Shown here: positions 43,397 to 53,135 of the stretch, one piece after another
Layout: each line of letters opens with the position of its first letter
Position numbering within the stretch: position 1 is the stretch's first letter
Virus record (IMG/VR): IMGVR_UViG_3300045988_073134
Origin: a virus
Reading direction: 5' to 3' (one strand)
Length of the DNA: 64,000 bases
Made by a program: the position numbers and the translations under genes
Notes under the pieces: generated by a model
Told to the model about the DNA's origin: nothing
The model's database searches: none
What the model saw: only the letters and a program-made list of their open reading frames with translations

Positions 43397-44053
43397 TTAT
43401 ACACCTCTCATATTTGGATTCCATATTATTTTATGCAACTGAACTTGTACTTTTACATTGTTTAATCTATTATCCAGTATATACTCAACTAATTCTTTTG
43501 GTTCTATTTTACCAAATACTGGTGATACATAAGGCTGAGCTTTACATTCGCTCTCCTCTAGTATATATTCCATTTTCTCTAATTCATTGTAATTACTAAC
43601 TACAAATTTAATTACATCTTTAGGTTGAAGTAATTTTAAATTCCACAACTTCATTTTATCTTCCATGCCACTACTTGCACATTTATAATCCATTGTGAAT
43701 ATTACTTTACTATTATACTTGTATTCCCAAAACTTATCTAAATCAACTGCTCCATTAGTTTCTATATTTACTTCAACATCATTAGCTACTAAAGAGTTGA
43801 TTAAATCTTTTACATTCTCATGTATTAATGGTTCTCCTCCAGTTAATGTTACACGAGGAACTCCGTATGTTAATACCTCATCTAATATATCCATTAATGG
43901 CATTTCAGTATATTCACTATTTTCACAACTATAACGAGTATCACAGTAACTACATTTTAAATTACAGCCATACAGTCTTATAAAGACTGTAGGCAACCCA
44001 GTTCTAACTCCTTCTCCATCTATACTAAGAAATATTTCATTTACTTTATACAT
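43397..44053 (-). CDS. queE: 7-carboxy-7-deazaguanine synthase (radical SAM)
   Basis: [36 protein letters not shown] 44053 lies 1 nt after the queD stop. Confidence 0.85.
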   Translation of the reverse strand: MYKVNEIFLSIDGEGVRTGLPTVFIRLYGCNLKCSYCDTRYSCENSEYTEMPLMDILDEVLTYGVPRVTLTGGEPLIHENVKDLINSLVANDVEVNIETNGAVDLDKFWEYKYNSKVIFTMDYKCASSGMEDKMKLWNLKLLQPKDVIKFVVSNYNELEKMEYILEESECKAQPYVSPVFGKIEPKELVEYILDNRLNNVKVQVQLHKIIWNPNMRGV

Positions 44054-44054
44054 T

Positions 44055-44429
44055 TTATCTTCCACAATTACATCCCCCTTTAACTTCATATATTGCAGTG
44101 TTATGAGCACTTTCCTCAACGCTTACTCTAGTACATTTTACATATATGCCATCAAACATACCAGTTAATTGGTCAGCTATCCATTTAGCAATATTCTCAG
44201 CAGTTGGATTAACTCCAACAACATCATTTATATACGCATGGTCTAATTGGTTTACAACTCTTTTTATATGAGTAAAATCCATTACCATTCCATACTCAGT
44301 TAATTCTTCACTCTCTATTTGAACTTCTATATTCCAGTTATGACCATGTAGGTTACTACATTTACTTTCATAAGGTAAATCTAATTTATGAGCTCCTGCA
44401 ACTTCCATTTTCTTTATTATTTTATACAT
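44055..44429 (-). CDS. queD: 6-carboxy-5,6,7,8-tetrahydropterin synthase
   Basis: 124 aa. CSNLHGHNW motif and DHAYIND. Confidence 0.8.
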   Translation of the reverse strand: MYKIIKKMEVAGAHKLDLPYESKCSNLHGHNWNIEVQIESEELTEYGMVMDFTHIKRVVNQLDHAYINDVVGVNPTAENIAKWIADQLTGMFDGIYVKCTRVSVEESAHNTAIYEVKGGCNCGR

Positions 44430-44430
44430 A

Positions 44431-45165
44431 TTATTTTTCCTCCCAATCTATTTTTATTTTATATGGTACAGGGTCAACTGCTCCATTTGCCTTAAAGGCA
44501 TTTATTCTATCTATACAAGTACCACAAGTACCACAACAAGGTCTTTCACCTTCATAACAGCTATGAGTTAATTCGTATGGCACTTTTAAATCTAATCCCA
44601 AACGTACAATATCTTTTTTAGTCATATTTACAAAAGGAGCATGAACTCTAACTTTGTCATAAGTACCAATTGATATAGCTTTATCCATAGTCTCAGTAAA
44701 TTCAGGACTACAGTCAGCATAGGCTTCACCGGCTGCATCATCTACATGAGCTCCTAAATATATAGTAGCAATTGTGTCTGGTTTGTCTTCAACTAGACTC
44801 ATCGCTATGGCAGCTACACTACTTAATAATAATCCATTTCTAAATGGTACATAAGTTCTTACCATTCCCTCTCCATCTTTGGCTATTTGGTCTGCATAAC
44901 TCTCATGTCTAATTTCTTCTGTACTATTAGATAATAGAGAACAGTTACTATATGCAAATATTTTACTTAAATCTATTTCTATATGTTTTACATCATAATA
45001 CTCAGCTATATCTTTTGCACATTTCAATTCAATACTGTGCTTTTGTCCATAATACGCACTAACTGTAACAACATTCTCTTTTCCATATAAATCTACTGCT
45101 AATCCCACTGCTGTTGTACTATCTACACCACCACTATTTAATACTACTGCAATTTCTTTACTCAT
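44431..45165 (-). CDS. queC: 7-cyano-7-deazaguanine (preQ0) synthase
   Basis: PP-loop VVLNSGGVDSTT and the C-terminal Zn cluster SCYEGERPCCGTCGTCIDR. Confidence 0.85.
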   Translation of the reverse strand: MSKEIAVVLNSGGVDSTTAVGLAVDLYGKENVVTVSAYYGQKHSIELKCAKDIAEYYDVKHIEIDLSKIFAYSNCSLLSNSTEEIRHESYADQIAKDGEGMVRTYVPFRNGLLLSSVAAIAMSLVEDKPDTIATIYLGAHVDDAAGEAYADCSPEFTETMDKAISIGTYDKVRVHAPFVNMTKKDIVRLGLDLKVPYELTHSCYEGERPCCGTCGTCIDRINAFKANGAVDPVPYKIKIDWEEK

Positions 45166-45196
45166 TATTACACATCTCCTTTTTCTTATTTGTTAT

Positions 45197-45233
45197 ACAT
45201 ATATAGTATATAAAAAACTCGGCTTTTACTAAC
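45197..45233 (-). promoter_or_regulatory. Phage promoter motif, copy 8
   Basis: acatatatagtatataaaaaactcggcttttactaac, 32 nt upstream of queC. The -35 lies in a hairpin loop. Confidence 0.7.
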
Positions 45234-45238
45234 CGAGT
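45212..45238 (-). terminator. Weak terminator hairpin whose loop carries the -35 element of promoter copy 8
   Basis: ACTCGG-TTAGTAAAAG-CCGAGT followed by T6. The stem is only 6 bp. Confidence 0.4.
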
Positions 45239-45250
45239 TTTAAATATTTA

Positions 45251-47605
45251 TTAAATTTCTATTCCCTCTCCATACCATCTATACGTACATTCAATATCAG
45301 TTTTCATTGGTATTTCAAATTTTCCGTCTACTACGTGTACCATAATGTACTCTAATATATCTCTCACCTCTTTGGCATTCTCTTTTGGACATACTCCTAA
45401 TACTTCATCATGCACCGGTATGATTAATTTATATCCCAATTCTTGTAGTCTTTTATTGTCATGAATTCTTATCATTGCTATCTTTGTCATATCAGCCGCA
45501 CTACCTTGTATTATACTGTTAACACATTGTCTCTGAGCATCTGCTATATACCCACCATTATCAACTATTTTATAACCTTCATCTTTGGCCAGTTGTTTAA
45601 TCTTCTCTTTTGCCTCTCTACCAAAGGCTCTATTCATTAATTTAAGATATTTGAAGTAAACTTCGTCACTCACCTCTGTATTAGCAGTTCCAGTAAAATC
45701 TAATGGATTAAATGTATCAACTAAGTTAGGATTCTCAACTGTTATTTCAATTGGGTCTAACTGCATATTTGGTAATCTTCTTTTTCTTCCCCACGCAGTC
45801 TCTACAAAACCATACTCTCTCGCATTCTCTTGAGCAAAGTCTACAAATCCTTTTACTTTTGGGAACTGATTGTAAAAATCGTTAATAACTTGCTGTGCCT
45901 CCTCTTTACTGATATTCATCTGCTCAGCTATACTTGTTACACCTCTACCATACATAATTCCTAGTAATATAGGTTTTACTGAACTTCTACGTTGTTTCCC
46001 TTCAGGGTTAACTGTACCGTCAGGTCTGAACTCTTTACACTCATCATATGGCATATTATACAACTTACTGGCTATAGTACTATATAAATCTTTACCGTCT
46101 AAATATGCTTGTATCATATGTTCGTCCTGACTCATATGTGCCAAACATCTCGGTTCTTGTTGTGAGAAGTCACCACCAATTATTACATTACCTGGGCCTG
46201 CAACAAACATCTGTCTAATATCATGTCCAGCATCTATTACAGTGCCATCACTTAATTTTTTAGTCCTACTTGGTATATTTTGTAAGTTTGGGTCACTACT
46301 ACTAAATCTACCAGTTTTAGCTCCATACTGATTAAAGTTTGCGTGTAACTTACCAGTTCTTTTGCTTATATGTTCAGGAATAGCATCAATATAAGTACTT
46401 AATAGTTTACTCATACCTCTATACTCTAAAATACTGTTAACTAATGGATGATGTAATTGTTTTAGCTGCTCTTCACCAACACTACGTTGTCCTTTCGGTG
46501 GCTCTAATTTTAAGACATCGTAGAATAATATTACTAACTGTTGATTACTTCCTATATTAATATTTACTTCTCCAAACTCACTTATTTTGTTATATTTATC
46601 AGGATGTTTTACTCTTAAGTCATTGAATACTCCTTGTTTATCAAGTTCAGATACTTGTGTATTGAACTCATTAAGTGCATTATCCATATACGTAGTATAT
46701 CGCTCTTTAAGTTGTTGTGCTAAGTTTGTATCTATGTCTACTCCTTGAGCCTCCATATCAAATACTACTTCTATTAATGGCATTTCTATATTTCTAAATA
46801 CATCTGCCACTCTCTCAAGTCCTTTTTTATAACAGTATTTTCCGTCTCTGTCCAAATACTCACGTTGAAATTCATATAATTCAAAAGTCATTATAGGGTC
46901 AAAGGCTGCATACATATAGCCAACATCGGGAGGTATTTTGTTGAACTCAATACCATTGAACAATTCACCAAATTTCCCTACCTCAGCACTCTCTCCTGTA
47001 CAATACTTTTGCCATAATACTTTTAAGCCATGAGGTTCATTTTCATTAAGTAAATACCCTCCAATTAATGTATCCCAGTATGGCACTATTTTTACTCCTA
47101 TCATCCAATATAGTATATGCATATCGAACTTAGCATTATGGAGTACAAATCTAATATTATTATCTGACCAAGATTGTATTAATTTCCTAACTACTTCAAT
47201 AGATACATTACTTTGTAATTCCATATTTGTCATATAACTTATATGTCCTACTGGAATATATATCCCTTTTTCATATGGAGTATAAAGACATATACCAGCT
47301 ACTTTTCCATCTATTCTATCAAGTCCGTTTGTCTCAGTATCTAATGCTACTATGCCATTGGCTACTACTTTTTTATCAAACTGTCTTAATCTATCTTCAC
47401 TAGTTACTAATTCCATTCTATCCAGTCTGTCAGCAAATATTTTAGTAGACATCATCTTTGCATATTCTACTTTATCCTTCATTGTCTTAGGTACTATTGA
47501 TGTTACTGGCGCTCTTTTATTTTTCTTTTTATTCAACACTTCTAACGCTTTTTTATTCGCTTCTTTATTATTACAACGACTAAATGTATCTTTAAACAAA
47601 CTCAT
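45251..47605 (-). CDS. polA: Family A DNA polymerase with a 3-prime-5-prime exonuclease domain
   Basis: Exo I is VALDTETNGL. The pol motifs are GGDFSQQEPR (A), SVKPILLGIMYG (B) and IPVHDEVL (C). Confidence 0.9.
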   Translation of the reverse strand: MSLFKDTFSRCNNKEANKKALEVLNKKKNKRAPVTSIVPKTMKDKVEYAKMMSTKIFADRLDRMELVTSEDRLRQFDKKVVANGIVALDTETNGLDRIDGKVAGICLYTPYEKGIYIPVGHISYMTNMELQSNVSIEVVRKLIQSWSDNNIRFVLHNAKFDMHILYWMIGVKIVPYWDTLIGGYLLNENEPHGLKVLWQKYCTGESAEVGKFGELFNGIEFNKIPPDVGYMYAAFDPIMTFELYEFQREYLDRDGKYCYKKGLERVADVFRNIEMPLIEVVFDMEAQGVDIDTNLAQQLKERYTTYMDNALNEFNTQVSELDKQGVFNDLRVKHPDKYNKISEFGEVNINIGSNQQLVILFYDVLKLEPPKGQRSVGEEQLKQLHHPLVNSILEYRGMSKLLSTYIDAIPEHISKRTGKLHANFNQYGAKTGRFSSSDPNLQNIPSRTKKLSDGTVIDAGHDIRQMFVAGPGNVIIGGDFSQQEPRCLAHMSQDEHMIQAYLDGKDLYSTIASKLYNMPYDECKEFRPDGTVNPEGKQRRSSVKPILLGIMYGRGVTSIAEQMNISKEEAQQVINDFYNQFPKVKGFVDFAQENAREYGFVETAWGRKRRLPNMQLDPIEITVENPNLVDTFNPLDFTGTANTEVSDEVYFKYLKLMNRAFGREAKEKIKQLAKDEGYKIVDNGGYIADAQRQCVNSIIQGSAADMTKIAMIRIHDNKRLQELGYKLIIPVHDEVLGVCPKENAKEVRDILEYIMVHVVDGKFEIPMKTDIECTYRWYGEGIEI

Positions 47606-47670
47606 TATATCCCTCCTATAAAAAATACCAGGTAATTACTACCTGGTATTAACTTGTTATTTATTTGTTA

Positions 47671-48354
47671 TTAAAATTCATCATCTACAACTCTACGTCT
47701 TCTACTCTCCCTTCTAGGTGTCTCATCACGTCTACTTGGAGCAGGTTCAACATCATTATGAGCTTTATTACCGCCCCAATCATATATGCCATCTACAATA
47801 TCTATCATGTCAGCTTTACTTACTTTTGTAATATATGTTCCTTCTATATTGACCTTCTCAGGAAAATCTTCTAGTCCTTTACCATCTTTTTCTAATGCAA
47901 ACATCTCATAAGTAGTATTAGTATCACCTTTTTTACCTTTTCTCTCAATCTCGATAGGACGCTCAACTAAGCTACCGTATCTATTCAAGAAACTTACTAT
48001 TTTACCTACAAAGTTTTTACCTCTCTCCCAAACTTTAAGCTTGCCATCAGTTTCGTCATATAATTGTAGGAATAATTTTTCCTGTGTTCTATACCCAGCT
48101 TTACATAATGGGCAATCATCTTTGTGTATATGTCCATCTTCGTCCACTGCTAAGCAACTTACATATTTTCTTACTTTTTTACCGTTAACTTCAATTTCTA
48201 TTTGGTGTACTAAAAAGAAGTCCATATCTCCACCTTCTGGGTCAGTATATAACATTCTTACTTGTGCAATATCACCATCATCTTTTAGTGTAAAGTATTC
48301 ACTTGAACCAACGTTTGTAAATTTACCTGCATCCTTTATATTTATTTTAGCCAT
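47671..48354 (-). CDS. ssDNA-binding protein, T4 gp32-like, with an acidic C-terminal tail
   Basis: AQVRMLY...FFLVHQ...YVSCLAVDEDGHIHKDDCPLCKAG...KLKVWERGKNFVGKI parallels gp32 (VIRFLP...H...C...H...CPVC...KVFKYRFGKKIWDKI). It ends RRRRVVDDEF. Confidence 0.6.
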   Translation of the reverse strand: MAKINIKDAGKFTNVGSSEYFTLKDDGDIAQVRMLYTDPEGGDMDFFLVHQIEIEVNGKKVRKYVSCLAVDEDGHIHKDDCPLCKAGYRTQEKLFLQLYDETDGKLKVWERGKNFVGKIVSFLNRYGSLVERPIEIERKGKKGDTNTTYEMFALEKDGKGLEDFPEKVNIEGTYITKVSKADMIDIVDGIYDWGGNKAHNDVEPAPSRRDETPRRESRRRRVVDDEF

Positions 48355-48388
48355 TTAACACCACTCCTTATTTTTTATTTATTTAACT

Positions 48389-48425
48389 TACATATATAGT
48401 ATAGAAAACCAGGTTATTTTACTAA
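48389..48425 (-). promoter_or_regulatory. Phage promoter motif, copy 9
   Basis: acatatatagtatagaaaaccaggttattttactaac, 35 nt upstream of the SSB gene. The -35 lies in a hairpin loop. Confidence 0.7.
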
Positions 48426-48434
48426 CCTGGTTTT
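48403..48434 (-). terminator. Terminator hairpin whose loop carries part of the -35 element of promoter copy 9
   Basis: ACCAGGTT-AGTAAAAT-AACCTGGT (8 bp) followed by TTTTC. Confidence 0.6.
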
Positions 48435-48442
48435 TAAACTTT

Positions 48443-48802
48443 TTACATATTAAAATCATTTAGTGGCTCTTCGCTAAGTATTATATTAACCATTGTTTCG
48501 TATCCAAGCCAAGCTAATGTATCTACATGAACTTCTTCTTTAGGGTCTAAATATACTTTAGCTTCATTATATATGTCTAATATTTCACTTAAATGTTCTT
48601 TTACAAATTCTTTACACTCGTCGTAGTAAATTAAATTTGGTATTGCTGAATTAATGCCACCATGTTTATATACATTCATTAAATAATTTTGTACTTCTTC
48701 GTCTGTATCACATTTATCCAATACATCTTCAATTACATATGCCATTAAACCACTTTCAGTAGTATTTAACATTCTCCATAAATCTTTTTTAGTTACTGCC
48801 AT
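48443..48802 (-). CDS. Hypothetical acidic protein
   Basis: ATG 48802 lies 8 nt after AAGGAG. Confidence 0.5.
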   Translation of the reverse strand: MAVTKKDLWRMLNTTESGLMAYVIEDVLDKCDTDEEVQNYLMNVYKHGGINSAIPNLIYYDECKEFVKEHLSEILDIYNEAKVYLDPKEEVHVDTLAWLGYETMVNIILSEEPLNDFNM

Positions 48803-48817
48803 ATAACTCACTCCTTT

Positions 48818-49003
48818 TTATAAATATAAATCATATAAATCTTGTTCAGCTTCTTCTACAGTTTTATATGAACATCCATTAACTAATTCACCAACTGTAC
48901 CAAAGTTATCACTGATTTTATTTTGTCTATAAATGTAATATTTATTATCCATCCAATGTTGTTCAATATAGAATACACCTTTTTTACTTTCATATGTTTT
49001 CAT
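48818..49003 (-). CDS. Hypothetical early protein
   Basis: 61 aa. First gene behind the sigma-A-type promoter 49043-49071. Confidence 0.5.
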   Translation of the reverse strand: MKTYESKKGVFYIEQHWMDNKYYIYRQNKISDNFGTVGELVNGCSYKTVEEAEQDLYDLYL

Positions 49004-49042
49004 CTAACTTCAACTCCTCTTTTCTTATCTTTTATTAACATA

Positions 49043-49071
49043 ATTATACATCTACTTATATAATTATACAA
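49043..49071 (-). promoter_or_regulatory. Sigma-A-type (early) promoter B: TTGTAT-N17-TATAAT with an extended TG
   Basis: TTGTATAATTATATAAGTAGATGTATAAT, with the same palindromic architecture and leader TTAATAAAAGATAAG. It drives 48818-49003. Confidence 0.7.
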
Positions 49072-49105
49072 CACTTTTTTGAAAAATTTTTTTTAATTTT
49101 TTTTC

Positions 49106-49146
49106 AAATAAAAAAGATAGGTCAATAAAATGACCTATCTTTTTTC
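49106..49146. terminator. Bidirectional intrinsic terminator after nrdJ
   Basis: A perfect 10-bp stem AGATAGGTCA/TGACCTATCT with A-runs on the left and T-runs on the right. Confidence 0.75.
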
Positions 49147-49234
49147 TATTTATAATATAATTTATAAAACATTAACATTGACATTCTTAGTCTTGTTATA
49201 CTCTTAAACATTTGTTCATTCATATAATCACCCC

Positions 49235-51385
49235 TTAATCACATTTTGTATATCCACATTCAGGACAACTATTACATCCACCAGTGAAGTTTAATTTGGC
49301 TCCACATTCAGGACAATTATTTACTGTCATTTCTTCTCGCTTAAGTTCTCCAGTACTCATCTCAATGTGGTCTTCAATATATCTTTGTTTTAATTCCATT
49401 AATGCTCTTCCTATTGCACTTGGACAACATTTACCAGCACTGGTATCTTTTTTCAACGCAGTTCTAACAGAATAAGATGGACAAGCAGGAACACTATTTA
49501 ATTGGTCGCATATACCTTCTACTGTTCCACCTAATTTACCTGCATAACTTATCATTCTACTAAGTCCTATCATGAAACTATTACATCCACCTTGACTACC
49601 CTTATCTAAGAAGATATGACATAGCTGACCTGTTTTCTTATGGAAGTATACTGACATCCATAAACTACCACATCCAGTTGTTAGTTGAGTACCATATGCT
49701 ACACAGTTATCAATAGATGTGTCAGTTATTGGTATGTGTATAGTATTCTCTGTTGTTTGTTCTTTTGGTTTATCTACTACTAATACACCTTCCTTTTTAC
49801 AACCGGCTCTATAAATTGTTAACCCTTTACAACCTTCTTCCCATGCAGCTTGGTATAAATCTCTTATAGTTTCAACAGTTGTATCATTAGTAACGTTAAC
49901 AGTACTGCTTATACTAGCATCAATAAATCTTTGCCATTGTGCTTGTATTGTAACTCTGTCAAACGGGTCTATATTTTGAGCAGTGGCTATAGTACTTACA
50001 TTTTCCTCAGATATTACTCCTGTATCAATCATCTTTTGTATTATTGGAGTATATACATTATAATATATATCTTCTCCATGTAGGGATTGAGTTTTTCTTG
50101 TATAATGTGTAGCAAATATTGGTTCTACTCCACCACTAACTCCTAACATTGTACTTATGCTTCCAGTTGGCGCTATTGTGAATAATTGAGAATTTCTAAG
50201 GCCATAACGTTTTATCAAATCAATTGTATTATCTTCAATAACATTACTATTTCTTAATACGGTTATAAAAGTACTTGCTAGTATTAAACGTAGGTCACAT
50301 TCAGGGAAGGATTCAGTATCCATAGCTAGTAGAGCACTTTCCTCTAATCCTGTATTAACTAAAGTTTTACCTATTATCTCAATTATATCAAGTGCTCTTG
50401 ATGAGTCATATTGACATCTCATCTTTAGTAACATATCAGCAAACCCCATAATACCAAGTCCTATTTGTCTCCAATCACGTACGCTGTTTCTTTGTTCTTC
50501 TAATGGATGTAATTCTAGTCCTTCATCTAACACATCATTTAAGGCACGTATCGCTATTCTTACTGCACTTTTGAACTCAGGTATATTAAAGGCAGCTTTA
50601 TCTGTAAATGGGTTTTCTACAAATTCACTTAAGTTTAATGCTCCTAATAGACAACTACCACCTGCCGGTAATGGTTCCTCAGCACAAGGATTTACTCCTG
50701 CATATTCAAAATATGCAAATTCATCTAATAAGTTATAACGTTTTATTGTGTCCCAGTACAGTATGCCAGGCTCTGCCCAGTCATAATTATTTAATGCGAT
50801 ATGGTCTAATATATCAGGTTTATTTTCCATATCATCATCACTCATACGTACTGAGATATTACATTTTTCTAATTTGTTATCTAGTTTAGCATCTATAAAG
50901 TCATGTATATCAGGATGACTACTGTCCATACTTATCATCAAGGCTCCACGTCTCCCATTCTGACCAATAACTCTCGCAGTTTGTTCCAAGACATCCATAA
51001 ATGAGACTGCACCACTAGTTGTAAGAGCTGCATTATGTACCTCTGCTCCTTTTGGTCTTAATGTACTAATATCAACACCACATCCACCACCATAGCTAAA
51101 TGTACGGGCTAACTTCATTGCAGCCTCATATATACCCTCGATACTATCATGTGGAGGTTCTATTACATAACAATTACTGTAAGTTACACCTCTGTCTGTA
51201 ATACCTCTATTACTAAGTATTCTACCACCAAATAAAAATTTCTTATCCACTATCAGTTGAGCAACTTGTGTATCTCCACCACTAACTCTCTCTAGCCAGT
51301 CTTCAAAACTTTCACCATTGCGTTGATATTTTTTCTTCCAAATATCTTCTCCTAACTCACTTAATTTCCAATCTTGTAGTTCCAT
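49235..51385 (-). CDS. nrdJ: Class II (adenosylcobalamin-dependent) ribonucleotide reductase with a C-terminal zinc ribbon
   Basis: 716 aa. Active-site region GVNPCAEEPLPAGGSCLLGALNLSEF. C-terminal CPECGAKLNFTGGCNSCPECGY. No NrdB/NrdF or NrdG partner is present. Confidence 0.8.
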   Translation of the reverse strand: MELQDWKLSELGEDIWKKKYQRNGESFEDWLERVSGGDTQVAQLIVDKKFLFGGRILSNRGITDRGVTYSNCYVIEPPHDSIEGIYEAAMKLARTFSYGGGCGVDISTLRPKGAEVHNAALTTSGAVSFMDVLEQTARVIGQNGRRGALMISMDSSHPDIHDFIDAKLDNKLEKCNISVRMSDDDMENKPDILDHIALNNYDWAEPGILYWDTIKRYNLLDEFAYFEYAGVNPCAEEPLPAGGSCLLGALNLSEFVENPFTDKAAFNIPEFKSAVRIAIRALNDVLDEGLELHPLEEQRNSVRDWRQIGLGIMGFADMLLKMRCQYDSSRALDIIEIIGKTLVNTGLEESALLAMDTESFPECDLRLILASTFITVLRNSNVIEDNTIDLIKRYGLRNSQLFTIAPTGSISTMLGVSGGVEPIFATHYTRKTQSLHGEDIYYNVYTPIIQKMIDTGVISEENVSTIATAQNIDPFDRVTIQAQWQRFIDASISSTVNVTNDTTVETIRDLYQAAWEEGCKGLTIYRAGCKKEGVLVVDKPKEQTTENTIHIPITDTSIDNCVAYGTQLTTGCGSLWMSVYFHKKTGQLCHIFLDKGSQGGCNSFMIGLSRMISYAGKLGGTVEGICDQLNSVPACPSYSVRTALKKDTSAGKCCPSAIGRALMELKQRYIEDHIEMSTGELKREEMTVNNCPECGAKLNFTGGCNSCPECGYTKCD

Positions 51386-51406
51386 ATAACTACCTCCTTT
51401 GTATTT

Positions 51407-51439
51407 AAAAAGTCTTACTATATATAGTATAGTAAGACT
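51407..51439 (-). terminator. 12-bp-stem palindrome after the sigma factor gene, overlapping the -10 of promoter copy 10
   Basis: agtcttactata-tatag-tatagtaagact. On the minus strand it is followed by TTTTAAAT. Confidence 0.4.
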
Positions 51440-51454
51440 TCGGTTTTTACTAAC
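51418..51454 (-). promoter_or_regulatory. Phage promoter motif, copy 10
   Basis: ctatatatagtatagtaagacttcggtttttactaac, 33 nt upstream of nrdJ. The -10 lies inside the 12-bp-stem palindrome 51411-51439. Confidence 0.6.
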
Positions 51455-52052
51455 TTAATAAATAATTTAATTTCTTTTGAAGTGCACGTCTAATTCCAAC
51501 AACACCTGCAGTACTAACTCCAATTTCCCTTGCCATGTGAGATTGTTGTAAGTCACACATATGGTCAAGTGCTACCATACAATATTGTAATTGTTTTTCA
51601 GATAAATCTTCCTTATGTACTAAGTCAGATAATTCAACTTTGTCATATTCATCTTCAACACTTGCTTCCTCCCATCTATCTTCAGTTGTCTCATAACAAC
51701 TCATTGGAGTACATTGGTCGCCGTTGTTCGCTTTACGTTTATTACTTGCATTACTTTGTGTTAGAGTTCTAAGAGCATTCTTGATATAAACACATATCAT
51801 AGAAGTTAATTTACCACTAGTACTCTTTTCAGCATCAAAGTTTTCAAAACATTTCCATATTTGTTCTAATATTACACTTGTAACTTCATCATCACTTACA
51901 CCAACGTATTTTTTACTTACTTGATAAAATAGACTCTTATTTGTCTCAAATACATATGCAATAACTTCATCATGAAAACCTGCTTGGTAATCTCTAACTA
52001 ATTCCTCATCAGTGTGTTTTAAACCATAAACTTTAACTACATCTTTAAACAT
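51450..52052 (-). CDS. Sigma-70 family sigma factor (phage-encoded), expressed from a sigma-A-type promoter
   Basis: 200 aa. Region 2-like VTSVILEQIWKCFENFD...SMICVYIKNALR and region 4 HTH QQSHMAREIGVSTAGVVGIRRALQKK. Confidence 0.6.
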   Translation of the reverse strand: MFKDVVKVYGLKHTDEELVRDYQAGFHDEVIAYVFETNKSLFYQVSKKYVGVSDDEVTSVILEQIWKCFENFDAEKSTSGKLTSMICVYIKNALRTLTQSNASNKRKANNGDQCTPMSCYETTEDRWEEASVEDEYDKVELSDLVHKEDLSEKQLQYCMVALDHMCDLQQSHMAREIGVSTAGVVGIRRALQKKLNYLLS

Positions 52053-52101
52053 ACATCATTCCCCCTGAACTGTTTTTTTTATTTACTTTTTATACTTATA
52101 A

Positions 52102-52130
52102 TTATATAGACCTTTATATAATTAATCAAC
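52102..52130 (-). promoter_or_regulatory. Sigma-A-type (early) promoter C: TTGATT-N17-TATAAT, upstream of the phage sigma factor gene
   Basis: TTGATTAATTATATAAAGGTCTATATAAT. The inverted repeat is TAATTATATA/TATATAATTA. It lies about 50 nt upstream of ATG 52052. Confidence 0.7.
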
Positions 52131-52136
52131 CATTTT

Positions 52137-53135
52137 TTATAAATTTATTGGAGAAATTTTTAAATTGTCAAATTCAGTGTCTAAATCGTTGATGTCTCTA
52201 CTATCTAAATAGTTTACTTTACTCAGTAACTTAGTCTTTCCTAAATGATGTAATAATTTTCTACTACCATTCTTGCCAGCTTCGTCTGGGTCTAGTGCTA
52301 TTATATAATGTCTTATAGGCAATTTATTCAACATAGAATACTGATTTCCTCCTCCAGTACCAAATATACATATAGCGGGATGACCTAACTTCCAAAGAGT
52401 TAACATATTAAATGGAGATTCCACTATATATACTGGCTGTCTATATAATTTCTGTCTCAGTATCTCACTTGCTCCCAGTAGGTAATCAGTTTTATTTATG
52501 CCACTTGGTATATAATATCTCTTACCTATAATACTTCTACGTTGTATCCACTTTACTTCACCTTTTAAGTTGGTAACTGGGATAGTTATACAATCATCTT
52601 TTCTGTCATACCCTATGTCGAACTGTTCTATTATATCATCGGTCAAACCTCTGTTATACATATAACCAACAGTGTATCTATAACCTTGTAACACCTCCTC
52701 AGGGACGTTTGGTAGCTCCTCTTGAGTAATTGTTCCTCTGCTTAAATTTAGCTCCACCTTGCGGGTTTTATGAGTTAGACCTGTATTATATTGAGCCTTA
52801 ATCCATTTATTCCCAAATACTCCACCATCGTTATAGCCAAAGCAAGAACTAATAAAACTTATCAGTGATGCAGTATAGCCACAAGTAAAACAATGTACTG
52901 TGCCAGGTTCTATTATTTTAGTACCCTGATACTTTGGAACAATAGAAACCCCACAAGAGGGCTTTCGTTCATGTCCATCTTTATGTACTGGACAAGTTAT
53001 CATGATGTTATCTCCTGTGGGTTTTATATCATTCAATAAAAATATTCCATTACTCATCAAACTACCTTTTAAATCAATTAATAACTGTTGATACGTTGTA
53101 TCAAGTTCCATGCCATTTACATTAATCATCTTCAC
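52137..53135 (-). CDS. dnaG: DNA primase (DnaG-like: zinc finger plus TOPRIM)
   Basis: CPVHKDGHERKPSCG...HCFTCGY, TOPRIM VYIVESPFNMLTL and ALDPDEAG. The track start is a GTG; ATG 53129 is also possible. Confidence 0.8.
   Translation of the reverse strand: MKMINVNGMELDTTYQQLLIDLKGSLMSNGIFLLNDIKPTGDNIMITCPVHKDGHERKPSCGVSIVPKYQGTKIIEPGTVHCFTCGYTASLISFISSCFGYNDGGVFGNKWIKAQYNTGLTHKTRKVELNLSRGTITQEELPNVPEEVLQGYRYTVGYMYNRGLTDDIIEQFDIGYDRKDDCITIPVTNLKGEVKWIQRRSIIGKRYYIPSGINKTDYLLGASEILRQKLYRQPVYIVESPFNMLTLWKLGHPAICIFGTGGGNQYSMLNKLPIRHYIIALDPDEAGKNGSRKLLHHLGKTKLLSKVNYLDSRDINDLDTEFDNLKISPINL

Noticed and set aside
49141-49234. A possible plus-strand TTGACA ... TATACT promoter in the gap after nrdJ.
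   Set aside because: The spacer is only about 13 nt and there is nothing credible to transcribe on the plus strand.
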